From Mobula hypostoma (lineage: Eukaryota): DNA of 64,000 bases. A model generated the notes under the pieces. It was not told the origin of the DNA. It was given only the letters and a program-made list of their open reading frames with translations, and did no database searches. A program made the position numbers and the translations under genes. Location of the stretch: the NCBI RefSeq assembly GCF_963921235.1, contig NC_086108.1, forward strand, positions 81,780,001 to 81,844,000. Direction: 5' to 3'. Positions 51,480 through 63,129 of this stretch are shown piece after piece. Each line of letters begins with the position of its first letter. Position 1 is the first letter of the stretch.

Positions 51480-51730
51480 TCAACTAAGTCCAAGAGATGT
51501 GGGTTCAAGTTCCATTCCAGAAACAAGAGTACAGTAATCTGACCCTTCAGTACATTAATGATCGTGTGCTGCATTGTCGTATATGAGCCAGTTAGTGTAA
51601 AAAAAAAATCTCACTGTCCTTTTCAAAGAAGAGCAGGAGAGTTTCTACAAGCATTGTAGCCAAATGCTTTTAGCTTATCTAATCATCTTTCATTGACATT
51701 TATTGGACCTTGTATTGTTTGTATTGACTA
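51480..51730 (+). mobile_element. Ancient SINE remnant, DeuSINE/LF-SINE-like
   Basis: gtgggttcaagttccattccaga...gctgcattgtcg...gaagagcaggagagtt resembles the recalled consensus; weaker copy at ~56550-56680. Confidence 0.45.
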
Positions 51731-52115
51731 AATGAATTTACTGAGATTCACATAAGGTACAGTATATCTCAACGCTATAGTGCATTTGTAGAAGTGGGAT
51801 GGTGCTTTGCAATATTCTTCAAAAGTAGCTTCATTTTCTATTCCCACTGCACATTGGTTTCATTATCTGGTGTGGATTATAACGATAAAAAGCTAGTAAC
51901 AAAGTATGCTGTGCAAACTGCATGTGTAGCTGTTTACACATATGCTAATGCAATTTGTGCTAAAATGCTAAAGTATTTTTACTTGTGCGATGTGTAGTTT
52001 TAAATTGAAACTTCAATTTGTGCAGAATGGAGTCTGAAATTGATGCAAGTATTGCTTGTATTTTCTCTGTCTTCTGTCAGTATGCATCTGACTAGTTTCT
52101 TTACCTTTGCAACAG

Positions 52116-52201
52116 GAGAAATCATTGCCGGGTGTTGTGATGGCACTTGTGTGTAATGTGTTTGATATGCTTTATCAGCTTGCCAATCTTGAAGAACCAA
52201 G
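52116..52201 (+). CDS. USP24: USP24 exon 15 (EKSLPGVVMALVCNVFDMLYQLANLEEP-R)
   Basis: aacag acceptor, gtgaga donor, 86 nt, ends in phase 2. Confidence 0.96.
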
Positions 52202-52669
52202 GTGAGATTCCAAAATTCCACACAGAATGGTTGCGTATTTGTATTATTTTCAGAAGAAACCTCTGTGTATAGAGCGGTATCAATTACAAGAATTGGGGAA
52301 CAAGGAGGCAGTCCTTTTGCCATTGATGCTACTGTACACATAGTTTGAGGAACACTAAAGATAATGCGCTGTTCCCTACTTCACAAGCAAAGTTCTTATT
52401 TCCATTTGGGAAAACTACAAGAATGCCGAATTGAGACAGTATAAAGTCATTAATATGTGCCTCACACTTGCTGTTCCCACAGCATGAGAAGAGCTTAAAT
52501 ACTAATAATATCTCAAACACAAACCTTATCCTTGAACTTTGAATTTAATCATTTAAAAATACCGGGATTCAAAACACTGAAGTGGGATTTTTTTTAAAAC
52601 TGTCCCACAAAGGGTTAAAATGCATGTTTTGCATTTGCTTTACTTTTTATTATCATTTGAAGTATTCAT

Positions 52670-53790
52670 AAAGTTCAAAGTAAATTTATTATCTAAGTAC
52701 ATGTATGTCACCATATATAACTCTTTCATTTTCATTCACACATTCACAGTGAATACAAGAAACACAATAGAATTAGTGAAAGACTGCACCCAACAAGACG
52801 GATAAACAACCAAAATGCAAGAGGCAACAAACTATGCAAATACAAAAGGAAATTTTTAAAAAATGAAATGATAATTAATATTGAGAACTTGAGATGAAGA
52901 GTCCTTGAAATTGAGTCCATAGGTTATGGGAACAGTTCAGTGATGGGGTGAGTGAAGTTACCCCATCTGGTTCAGGAGCCTGATGGATGAGGGGTAATAA
53001 CTGTTCCTGAACCTGTTGATGTTGGTCCTGAGGCTCCTGTACCACCTTCCAGTTGGGCAGCCAGTGAGAAGAGAACATGGTCTGAATGGTGGGGCGTCCT
53101 TGATGATGGATGCTGCTTCCCTGTGACAGTGCTCTGTGTAGATGTGTTCAGTGGTGGGAGGGCTTTACACATACTGAACTGAGCTGTATCCACTACTTTT
53201 TGCAGGCATTTCCTTTCAAGAGTATTGGTGTTTCCACACCAGGCTGTGATGCAACCAGTCAATACATTCTGCACCGCATATCTGCAGAAGTTTGTCACAG
53301 TTTTCGATAACATGCTGAATCGTCGCAAATTTCTAAAAAAAAGAAGAGGCGCTGCCTTACTTTCTTTGTAATGACATTTATATACTGACATGTGATAGGT
53401 GAAACCAGGTGGGTGAGGATGGGGGAAATGGAGTAAGAAGATGGGAGAGGATAGGTGGAAGAGCTAAAGGGCTGAAGAAGCAGGAATCTGAAATGATAAT
53501 GCCAAAGAATTTAAGGATGCTGACACTCTTCACCTCTGATGCCCCAAGGAGTATTAGTTCATAGACCTTTGGTTTCCTCCTCCTGAAGTCAATAGTCAGC
53601 TCCTTGGCCTTGCTGAAGTTGAGTAAGAAGTTGTTGTTGTGGCACCATTCAGCCAGATTTTCAGTCTCCCTCTTATGTGCTGATTTGTCACCACCTTTGA
53701 TTTGGCCAAAGATAGTGGCATTGTCAGCAAACTTAAGTATGGTATTAGAGCTATACTGAGTCTCACAGTCATAAGTCTAAAGGGAGTGGA
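52670..53790 (-). mobile_element. Rex1/Babar 3' portion with a ~100-bp Penelope-like piece at ~53388-53490
   Basis: RNLRRFSMLSKTVTNFCRYAVQNVLTGCITAWCG; KFADN remnant; embedded piece matches 54807-54908. Confidence 0.82.
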
Positions 53791-53918
53791 GAATGAAAAG
53801 TAAAGGACAATATTTGTGAACTCTAAGCCACGGAACTCTTCTAGCTTAAAATTGCTGCATTCTAATGTCATCTCAAACTGTTGAGTTTTTAAAAAATCTC
53901 TTTATGTTGCTGTTTCAG

Positions 53919-54012
53919 GATAACAGTGCGTGTTAGAAAGTTGCTGCTATTGGTTCCAACTGATCCTGCCATTCAGGAAGCACTGGATACACTTGATGCT
54001 TTAGGAAGAAAA
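53919..54012 (+). CDS. USP24: USP24 exon 16 (R-ITVRVRKLLLLVPTDPAIQEALDTLDALGRK)
   Basis: tttcag acceptor, gtaata donor, 94 nt, phase 2/0. Confidence 0.95.
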
Positions 54013-54291
54013 GTAATAACCCTTTTTTTCTTCACTTTCTTTTCTATTTTTATATAAATGCACTCTTGTGAAAATGTAGAGATACTCAATCTATAGTTGA
54101 TGGCTTGAAAATGTAGCCCAGAAGAAAGGTCTGGTAAAGTAAACCTGCTCTTGCCAAGGTAGGAAAACATCCACTTTTATGATCACTGGTCAACTTCTGT
54201 GAGTTCTGTGCACAGACAGTAGTAAAATGTATGATTGTACAGATGTGAGTGAGTGAACAAGGTGACTGAATTCTGACTGTTCCTTTTAGAA

Positions 54292-54376
54292 CAAGGGTTT
54301 CCCAACCTGGAGTCCACAGACCCCTTGATTAGTTTTATGGCTCTGTTGCATTTAAAAAAAGGGCTGGCAACCCCTG
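54292..54376. mobile_element. 85-bp hAT (Charlie-like) MITE
   Basis: imperfect TIRs caagggtttcccaacc / gggctggcaacccctg; perfect 8-bp TSD ttttagaa. Confidence 0.8.
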
Positions 54377-54619
54377 TTTTAGAATTACAGGCCAGAGGCA
54401 ACGTAATTTGCACTGTTTTTAAATGATATCCAATAACCCTACCATTCACCATTGTGGCTGGATGACCATGAAATACTGTCTTTGTCTAACCTTTAATGTT
54501 ACAGAGGTTGCTATTCCAGGGCCAACATTCTTAACAAAAATTTAATTTCCTTAACTTCAGAGTTTTGATTGCTTTCTTGAGGAATTTGGAGATTGAAAAT
54601 GGAATTTGGATTAGTATGT

Positions 54620-55641
54620 AAGATTCTGTAGATGCTGGAAATCATGGGCAGCACATGCAAAATGCTGGAAGAGCTCAGCAAGTCATGCTACATCTATAAA
54701 GAGAAATAAACACTCGATATTTCGGGTCAAGATCCTTCATCGGGACTACAAAGGAAGTGTGCTGAAGTCAGAAAAAGAAGTGGGGAGGGAAAGAATTACA
54801 AGCTGGCATGTGATAGGTGAAACCAGGTGGGTGAGTATGGGAGAATGGAGTGAGCAGATGAGAGAGGATGGGTGGGCAGAGCTAAAGGCCTGAAGAAGCA
54901 GGAATCTAATGGGAGAGGACAGTGGAATATGGAAGAAAAGGAAGGAGGGGGAGCAGAGGGTTGAAATTACTGTAAGTTGGAGAAATCGATGTTCATGCCA
55001 TCGGGCTACTAAAATGGAGTATGAGGTGTTGCTCATGCACCCTGAGACAGACATGTCAGAATGGAAAGGTAAATTTAAGTGGGTAGTTACTGGGAGATCC
55101 TGTCTTTTGCAGCATTAAGAGCAAAGGTGCTCTTCAAAGCGGACCCCAATCTTTGCTGTGACTCAACAATATAGAGGAGGCCACACTGTGTGCAGTAGAT
55201 GACCCTGACTGTCTCACAGGTGAAGTGTTCCCTCACTGGAAGGACTTTCTGGGGCCCTGAATAGTGGTGAGGGAGGAAGTCTACGGGCAGGTTTAGCACT
55301 TGTCACACAACACCTGATATCATAAACATTGATTTCTCCAACTTCCAGTAATTTCTCCACTCTCCTCTCTCCTCTTTTTCCATTCTGGTTACCCTCTCAG
55401 CCCTTCTCACCTACTATCACCTCCCTCTTGTGTCCTCCTTCCTTTCCTTCCTTCAATGGTCCACTGTCCTTTCCCATTAGATTACTCCTTCAGCCTTACA
55501 CCTTTCTACTTATCTCTTCTCTCCCCCCCTCCCAACTACTTCCTTACCAGTATTGAAGGGACTTGACCTGAAATGTTGACGTTTATTCCCCTCTGCAGAG
55601 GCTGCCTGACTTGATGAGTTTCCAGCGTTTTGTATGTGTTG
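54620..55641. mobile_element. Penelope-like element with inverted duplicated terminus (minus arm ~54620-55305, plus arm ~55315-55641)
   Basis: GIY-YIG remnant HFTCETVRVIYC...LLYIVES on minus strand; both arms carry the family 3' terminus. Confidence 0.8.
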
Positions 55642-55769
55642 TTAGTACATGGTTCATTGTGTAATGTTTGTGTATATTCAAAATATTTCACTTACTGAAG
55701 CTCATAATTGAATCAAAGGAGGTTGCATGCCCCATAACGAACAGCAGAAACTTGGACATGTTTTATATA

Positions 55770-56480
55770 GAATATAAACAGTGCAGTTTAGGTAGAGATC
55801 CTTCACCTTGCCATGTCAGACTGACCATCATGCTAATCTAAACTAATCCATTCTACCTACACATGGTCCATATTCTCCCATTCTCTGGCCCTTTATGTAT
55901 TTATTTCAGTACCTCAAGTACTGGCATTGTATTTGATGCCAACTCCTTAGTAATGCCCTCCTGGCAACTGCCATTCTGTATGTAAATTAATAATGAAAAA
56001 CATCTTTTCTCACACCTCTCCTTTAAACATTTAACTCTGATGCTAAACCTGTGCCATCTGGTATTTAACCATTTGACCCTGGGAAAAAGACTTTGACTAT
56101 CTATCTTATTTATGACTCTCATTATTTTATAAACTTATGTCAGTTCATCCCTCAGATTCCACTCCTGTGGAAACAGTGTAAGTTTGTTCAACTTCCCCAT
56201 ATAATTAATGCATACCAATCCAGGAAGCATCCAGCCGGACTTCTTCTGCACCTCCACATCCTACCTATAGCATGGCAACAAGAGGTGCACTTAATATTTC
56301 AAATGTGTCTTAACCAAAGTTTTAGATAGGTCAACAGAACTTCAGGTTTTTTTTTATATATAATTGGTATGCTGACCAATGAAGCTTGCTTTACACGGTC
56401 TTTACCTCCCTATCCTCTTGTTACCAGTTTCAGGGAGATATAAACTTGCACCCCAGGGTCTTTCTGTGGATCAATGGTCC
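55770..56480 (-). mobile_element. Old CR1 3' fragment
   Basis: IDSQSLFPRV remnant; similar to other CR1 tails. Confidence 0.7.
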
Positions 56481-56762
56481 CTGATTTGGCTTTGAGTTGG
56501 TTTGTTAGATTATATTTTCTATTTATTTCAGATTGTCAACCTAGCTTGGTGTTAGCACACTTGAGCCCAACAGTTGCAGTTTCAAGTTCCTTTTCAGAAA
56601 CCAGAGTATATTATTTGAGCTGATTCTCCAATACAGTAGTTTTCTTTGAATTGAAAGGTTTTGATCTGATATGTTAAACCTTTTAAACTTATTTTCACTT
56701 TTAAAGTACAGTGCTTAAAATTTGTATCATCCTTTAAACTGAGGCTTTTTGATATTCAGCAG

Positions 56763-56918
56763 AAAACATTGTTGACCGATTCCAATCACCAAACTTCCAA
56801 GTCGCCTTCACTTTCTTCAAAGCAGCAGCATCAACCTAGTGCAAATACTATTCTGGAGAGCCTGTTTAGATCGTCAGCACCGGGAATGTCCCCCTTCAGA
56901 GTACTTTATAACCTAGAG
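56763..56918 (+). CDS. USP24: USP24 exon 17 (KTLLTDSNHQTSKSPSLSSKQQHQPSANTILESLFRSSAPGMSPFRVLYNLE)
   Basis: tandem cagcag acceptor (alternative start 56760), gtttga donor, 156 nt. Confidence 0.93.
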
Positions 56919-57074
56919 GTTTGAACTGTTCTTGTTATTTAGTAAGACCTTATTATCTATTAGCTCTTTGTGGAATTATTGTATAATGTGAGTTTTGGTA
57001 AATTTTAAAAACACTCACAGATTTGATTCCTGATTTCATGCTGATCACAGAAGTTTGAAAAGAGTTTGGTTATA

Positions 57075-58121
57075 CAATGGATTCCGGTTAATTGGGACAC
57101 ATTGGGACCGATATATCTTGGCCCAACTGAGTGGCTAACCCGATCAGCTGAAGTTTAATGGAAATAGTTTTTTAAAAAAACGACAAACTACTATTTAACT
57201 GAGTACAATTTATATATTTAAATGAAATACAGAACAGCTCAGAACAAAATACAGAACAAAACCAGTATTACCAGTACTATAAAACTGCATTAGTTCCTAA
57301 TAGATATTGACTGAAAAATTCATCCAACATAATGATGCTGTGTGTTTTTGATTGAATGTAACTGACCAAAATCAGTACAGACACCCAGAGCAAATAATGG
57401 ACTGCCTTCACAAATGCATCCTTCAAATCTTAATTTTCATTGTTACATTCAAGATAATTCAAGATTCAAGATATTTATTATCAAAGAGTGTAAAAATTAA
57501 CAACCTTGAGTTGTGTTTGCTCGCGGGTAGCCATAAAGCATGAAATCCAAAAGAACTCAATTAAAGAAAACAAATAAAAGACCAACTCTCGATGCACAAG
57601 AAAAAAGAAAACACAAATCATGCAAACAGCAACATTCCAAACCAAATTAAGTCCTCAGGTCCGAACACCGATTGTCAATACCTTCAAATTCTTCATAGTT
57701 CCTAATTTGCTAAAGTCGTGAAATTATTTCATTTTCACTACAGCAGTTTCTGCTATTTTCAAGCCCAAATGCATGAAATTGTAGTGAGCAAAACAGTTCT
57801 GAATTGTCTTGCTGTTTATTTCTCGCCAACTATCAGTGACAAAAATTACTGCTTTTTGAACACAAACATACGCAACTGATGCCATTTTAAAAATGTTCAC
57901 TCTTCGTACTGTGTGGTGTCTAACAGCCAAACAACTGAACGTGACTGATGCTAGTTTGAAACAGTTCAGTAACGACCTTCTGCCCCAATTAAGTAGCATC
58001 GTGATCCAAGTAAACAAAGGGAATCCTGGTTATTTTCTTGATTAGCTTTTGTTCTTTAGAAGTTGTCCCACGGAAGCAGCTCCTTCAATTAACCAAACAC
58101 CGAATTAACCAGAATCCACTG
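57075..58121 (-). mobile_element. Tigger/pogo-derived non-autonomous transposon with a nested LINE-tail-like piece (~57455-57670)
   Basis: TA-caatggattccggttaatt ... aattaaccagaatccactg-TA; remnant AVIFVTDSWREINSKTIQNCF resembles the pogo DDE_1 C-terminus. Confidence 0.85.
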
Positions 58122-58779
58122 TATTCTAAATGTGATGTTAAAAGAGTAAGTTGATTTGCACAAAAGTGTACTTGTAATGACTTTGGAAAAGATATTTAGA
58201 CATTTGAGTACAAGTCAGAATGGTTACATCAGTTACTGTATATTTTAATTGTGTATAAGAAGTTTATATAAGGTATCTTAAGTTTTATTATGTGTTGTGC
58301 ATGTTGGTTATCCATCATTTCCAATGAAACCTATGCAGGAAGAGTTTTATAGTGAAAAGGCAGTGGCACTGGGGCAGTTCCACTTTCTTGGCCTCAAAAA
58401 TCTTGGTGCAATGGTGCAAAAAATCGTCACAACTAGAGACTTCCTGGGCTGCAGTGGCTAGCCATGGTACCTTGTCGTGCCCTTTGCCCTCCCATGAAGC
58501 ATTGCACCGCTGCTGCCTTGGCCCTTGGATCTTGTGGTTGATCTCATCTGTCCGGTCCGCTGGAACTGGCTGTGCATGCTGGGGTAGGTGTATCTCTATC
58601 TCACCGGGGTTGGAGGTTTCCAGCTACTCTCACCTGGTTTAGTCTGCCTGTCAAAGCAGTGTACTGGGGTGCGGCCACTGTCGCATAAAAATGGTTTTTT
58701 GGTGCCACAGGTGAGAGCTGGGTGGCAGATGGGGACCAAAGGTGGACGAGCTGCCCCTGGGCGAAGCAAGATAAGCCCA

Positions 58780-59810
58780 ATGACCTGAGAGAAGAAACTG
58801 TTTCCCATCTTGATTGCTCTTGTCATTATGCATTGGAATCTCCTGCTTGATGGTAGAATTTCAAAGAGGATGCCAGATGGATGGGTGGGATCATTGACAA
58901 TACTAAGGGCCGCTGATAAATGTCCCTGATGGATGGAATGGAGACCTAAATGATCCTCTCAGCTGTTCTCACAGTCCTTTGTAGGGATTTCTGGTCCAGT
59001 GCTCCTGAAAAATTCAGTTAAGCTGGGGTGGGGGGGAGAGAATCACTGGCCTCAATCTCTTCAGGAAGTGGAGACACTTCTGTGCCTTCTTATTCAGGGA
59101 GATGATGTTAAGGTACCAGGTGAGGTCATACGTGATGTTGAACTCCCAAGAACTTGGAGCACTTAACTCTGCCTACAGAGGAGCCATGTATGCGCAGAGC
59201 ATAGTGGTTCATCTGCACCTTGCTAATGTCCACAGTCATTTCCTTGGTCTTCTCCATGTTCAGACTTGGGTTGTTGTTGCTCTTCACCAGTCCACCAGCA
59301 ACTTCACTTCCTCTCTGTACGCTGACTCATCCACAGTCCACTACTGTGTCATCCACAAACTTGATATGGTTTGTGCTGTCCTGCAACACGGTCATGCATC
59401 AATAGTATGAACAGCAGTGGCCTGAGCATACAGCCAAGGGAACACCAATGCTCAGCATAATGGGACTAGAGACGTTGCTGCCCACACGGATTAACTGTGG
59501 CCTTTCTATCAAGAAAACCAGGATCCAGTTACAAAGGGAGGCGTTTAGACCCAATGAGGACAGTTTCCCCACCAGTTTCTCGGGTATGATGTTGTTAAAC
59601 ATGGAACTGAAGTCTATAAACAGTCTGACATATGAGGCCCCATTTTCCAGGTGGGACAGGACAGAGTGGATGGCAGAGGCTATAGCATCATCTGTTTTAA
59701 GCAACCTCGAAAAGATCCAACATGGCCAGGAGAAAGGCTTTAATGCGCTCCATGACCGGCCAGTCAAAGCATTTCGTAATGGTTGATGCTAATGCCATGG
59801 GATGATAGTC
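58780..59810 (-). mobile_element. Rex1/Babar RT fragment
   Basis: [16 protein letters not shown]...[17 protein letters not shown]...LCNWILVFL. Confidence 0.85.
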
Positions 59811-59955
59811 AGAAGAATGTAATCTGAGACTCCATTTGGATTAGGATATGAAATTGATTTGAAAATTCTTCGTTTGTGGTTTTCATTTCCTTTCAGACTG
59901 TTAAGAGTGTATGTACACTGCAGCTCTTGATTTAGATTTTATTCTGTTTGTGCAG

Positions 59956-60053
59956 GTTCTTAGTTCTAAGCTGATGCCTACATCAGATGATGAGATGGCA
60001 AGAAACTGTGCAAAATCCTTCTGTGAAAATTTTCTGAAAGCAGGAGGTTTAAG
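59956..60053 (+). CDS. USP24: USP24 exon 18 (VLSSKLMPTSDDEMARNCAKSFCENFLKAGGL-S)
   Basis: tgcag acceptor, gtttgt donor, 98 nt, ends in phase 2. Confidence 0.95.
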
Positions 60054-61142
60054 GTTTGTTTTTGAGTCTGGTTTTCATTCTTTTCCAATTTTTACATTTT
60101 ATTTATCAGAAAGCAAAGCTTGCATGTTTTATTTCTTATTTCCTGCCAAGTTATTTGGTAATTGGAGTCATCACAAAGATGATAGATCCAATCTTATTGA
60201 TCAGGTTCAGATATGGAATTGCCATTTATAGCCCTTCCCTACACTCGATCTGGATTCAAAGTGCTAATCTTAGTAGCTAGGAGTGTTCCAGTTTCTAGTG
60301 GCATGATCTCAGCAGTGATATTACCTCCCTTAGTAAGATATGTTTAAAACACATTAAATTGATTGTCTTTTTTAACAAAGAATATAAAAAGAAATAAAGT
60401 TGACGAAAACATAATTAAAATTATTTTTTCTGAGTAATTTGCCTTCAAATCCATCTCCACACAGTCTAGTACATGGTCAAAGTGGTGATGCCCCAAGTTA
60501 GTCCTTGGGAATCTTAACAAAACTGGGCTATATTGCTGCACTCTGGAGCTCACCATCAGAGTAAATTGACAGATTGGATGTTGCAATCCTGTCAGTAAGC
60601 CCAAGTCCTTGTCTTTGATGGTATGTGGGCAATTTTCTTGAACATGCTCATATTTTTAGTCCAAAATTTTGAAATGCTAGTAAACTATTAAAATGCAGTT
60701 CTTTAAATAACAGTTGTGTATTGTACTTGTACTGCATTTTAAGATAGTTACGTTTTAACATGTGAGGGGCTAAAGTGCCATAAAAACTTAATCCAGATTT
60801 AAACTACAGTTAGCATAGTATTAGCTTTTTAAGCTGTTTTTTGTTTTTTTTCTTTGATCCTTCAGTATTGGCAGGAATTTATTTGGAGTTGAGCCAAATG
60901 GCAAATACCCCAATTGCATTTATTTTTTTCTGTTAGTTCCACTTCTATATAAATAGCTTGTTACCTATGTATGATGAAAGTACCAGAACTCTTTTCAAGA
61001 ATTTGTCACAAGATGCAATTAAAGAATATGCTTACAGCAGCTGTTAACTTGTGATTTTCCTCCAAAGCTCTGGGCTCATTCTATGACTTTTTTTTCCTGA
61101 TAATTGCACATATCGCATAAAGAAATTTCTATTTACCATGTA

Positions 61143-62541
61143 CAAACTCCATTTCCAGAAAAGTTGGGATGATTTCCAAAATGCAATAAAAACAAAATCT
61201 GTGATACGTTAATTCACGTGAACCTTTATTTAACTGACAAAAGTACAAAGAAAAGATTTTCAATAGTTTTACTGACCAACTTAATTGTATTTTGTAAATA
61301 TACACAAATTTAGAATTTGATGGCTGCAACACACTCAACAAAAGTTGGGACAGAGTTAAAATAAGATTGAAAAGTGCACAGAATATTCAAGTAACACCAG
61401 TTTGGAAGACTCCACATTAAGCAGGCTAATTGGTAGCAGGTGAGATATCATGACTGGGTGTAAAAGTAGCGTCCATCAAAAGCTCAGTCTTTGCAAGCAA
61501 GGATGGGTCGTAGCTCACCTGTTTGTGCCAAAATTTGTGAGAGAATTGTTAGTCAATTATAGCCACCTGGGCTCAGGAGTACTTCAGAAAACCATTGTCA
61601 CTCAACACAGTCCGTCGCCGCATCCAGAAATGCAACTTGAAACTGTATTACGCAAGGAGGAAGCCATATACCAACTCTGCGCAGAAACGCCGGCGAGTTC
61701 TCTGGGCCCGAGCTCATCTCAGATGGACCGAGAGACTGTGGAACCGTGTGCTGTGGTCAGATGAGTCCACATTTCAGCTAGTTTTCGGAAAAAACGGGCG
61801 TCGAGTTCTCCGTGTCAAAGATGAAAACGACCATCCAGATTGTTATCAACGAAGGTGCAAAAGCCAGCATCTGTGATGGTATGGGGGTGCATCAGTGCCC
61901 ACGGTATGGGTGAGTTGCATGTATGTGAAGGTACCATTGACTCTGAGGCATATATTAGGATTTTAGAGAGACATATGTTGCCGTCAAGGTGACGTCTGTT
62001 CCCGGGACGTCCATGCTTATTTCAGCAGGACAATGCCAGACCACATTCTACACGGGCTACAACAGTGTGGCTTTGTAGACACAGAGTGCGTGTGCTTGAC
62101 TGGCCTGCTGCCAGTCCAGATCTATCTCCTATTGAAAATGTATGGCGCATCATGAAGAGGAGAATCAGACAACGGAGATCACGGACTGTTGAGCAGCTGA
62201 AGTCTTACATCAAGCAAGAATGGACAACATTTCCAATTGCAAATCTACTACAATTAGTATCCTCAGTTCTAAAATGATTAAAAAGTGTTTTAAAAGGAAA
62301 GGTGATGAAACACAATGGTAAACATGCCTCTGTCCCAACTTCTGTTGAGTGTGTTGCAGCCATCAAATTCTAAATTTGTGTATGTTTATAAAATACAATT
62401 AAGTTGGTCAGTAAAACTATTGAAAATCTTTTCTTTGTACTTTTGTCAGTTAAATAAAGGTTCACGTGTATTAACATATCACAGATTTTTGTTTTTATTG
62501 CATTTTGGAAAATGTCCCAACTTTTCTGGAAATGGGGTTTG
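61143..62541 (+). mobile_element. Tc1 (DD34E) transposon with ~210-bp TIRs and internally deleted transposase
   Basis: TA flanks on both sides; nearly identical inverted termini with repeated aaagttggga motif; WSDES, QQDNARPH, SPDLSPIEN with 34 residues between the second D and E. Confidence 0.95.
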
Positions 62542-62784
62542 TAATTGTTGTATCAGTTCCTTCATAAAAAGATCCTTGAGAATCAAAGAATGGTAAATGT
62601 TGGTGAACATACGTGCTAAGTAATTGGCATCTTTACTGTTAGGTAAGTAATTGATAGAACTTATTTTACAGGTTGTTGCAGACAAGTATGCATCTGTGAA
62701 AATCATACCATTTCAAATTGAAAGGAAATCACTTTGACATTTAATAAAATAATACACTTTTTGATTATTTTTTATTTTTTTCAG

Positions 62785-62880
62785 CTTGGTGGTGAACGTT
62801 ATGCAGCGAGATTCCATTCCATCTGAGGTGGATTATGAGACAAGGCAGGGAGTTTATTCAATCTGTCTACAGCTTGCAAG
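62785..62880 (+). CDS. USP24: USP24 exon 19 (S-LVVNVMQRDSIPSEVDYETRQGVYSICLQLA-R)
   Basis: poly-T + cag acceptor, gtgaga donor, 96 nt, phase 2/2; gene continues beyond the window. Confidence 0.95.
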
Positions 62881-63129
62881 GTGAGAGCCAATGTACACTA
62901 TTACTCAAATAGAATGGAATTATCTACATAGTTGGGGAAGTGCTTGGTGAATAGTGAGTAAGAAAGAGATACGTGTCACATATGTTCTCAAATAATGTAA
63001 TACTGCTTTATGTTCCAAATCCAGAATCAGGTTTATTATCACTAATGTGTCATGAAATTTGTTGTTTTATGGCATTACTACAGAGCAAGAAAAAAGTTAC
63101 TGTAAAATACAATAAACAAGTAAGAGAGC

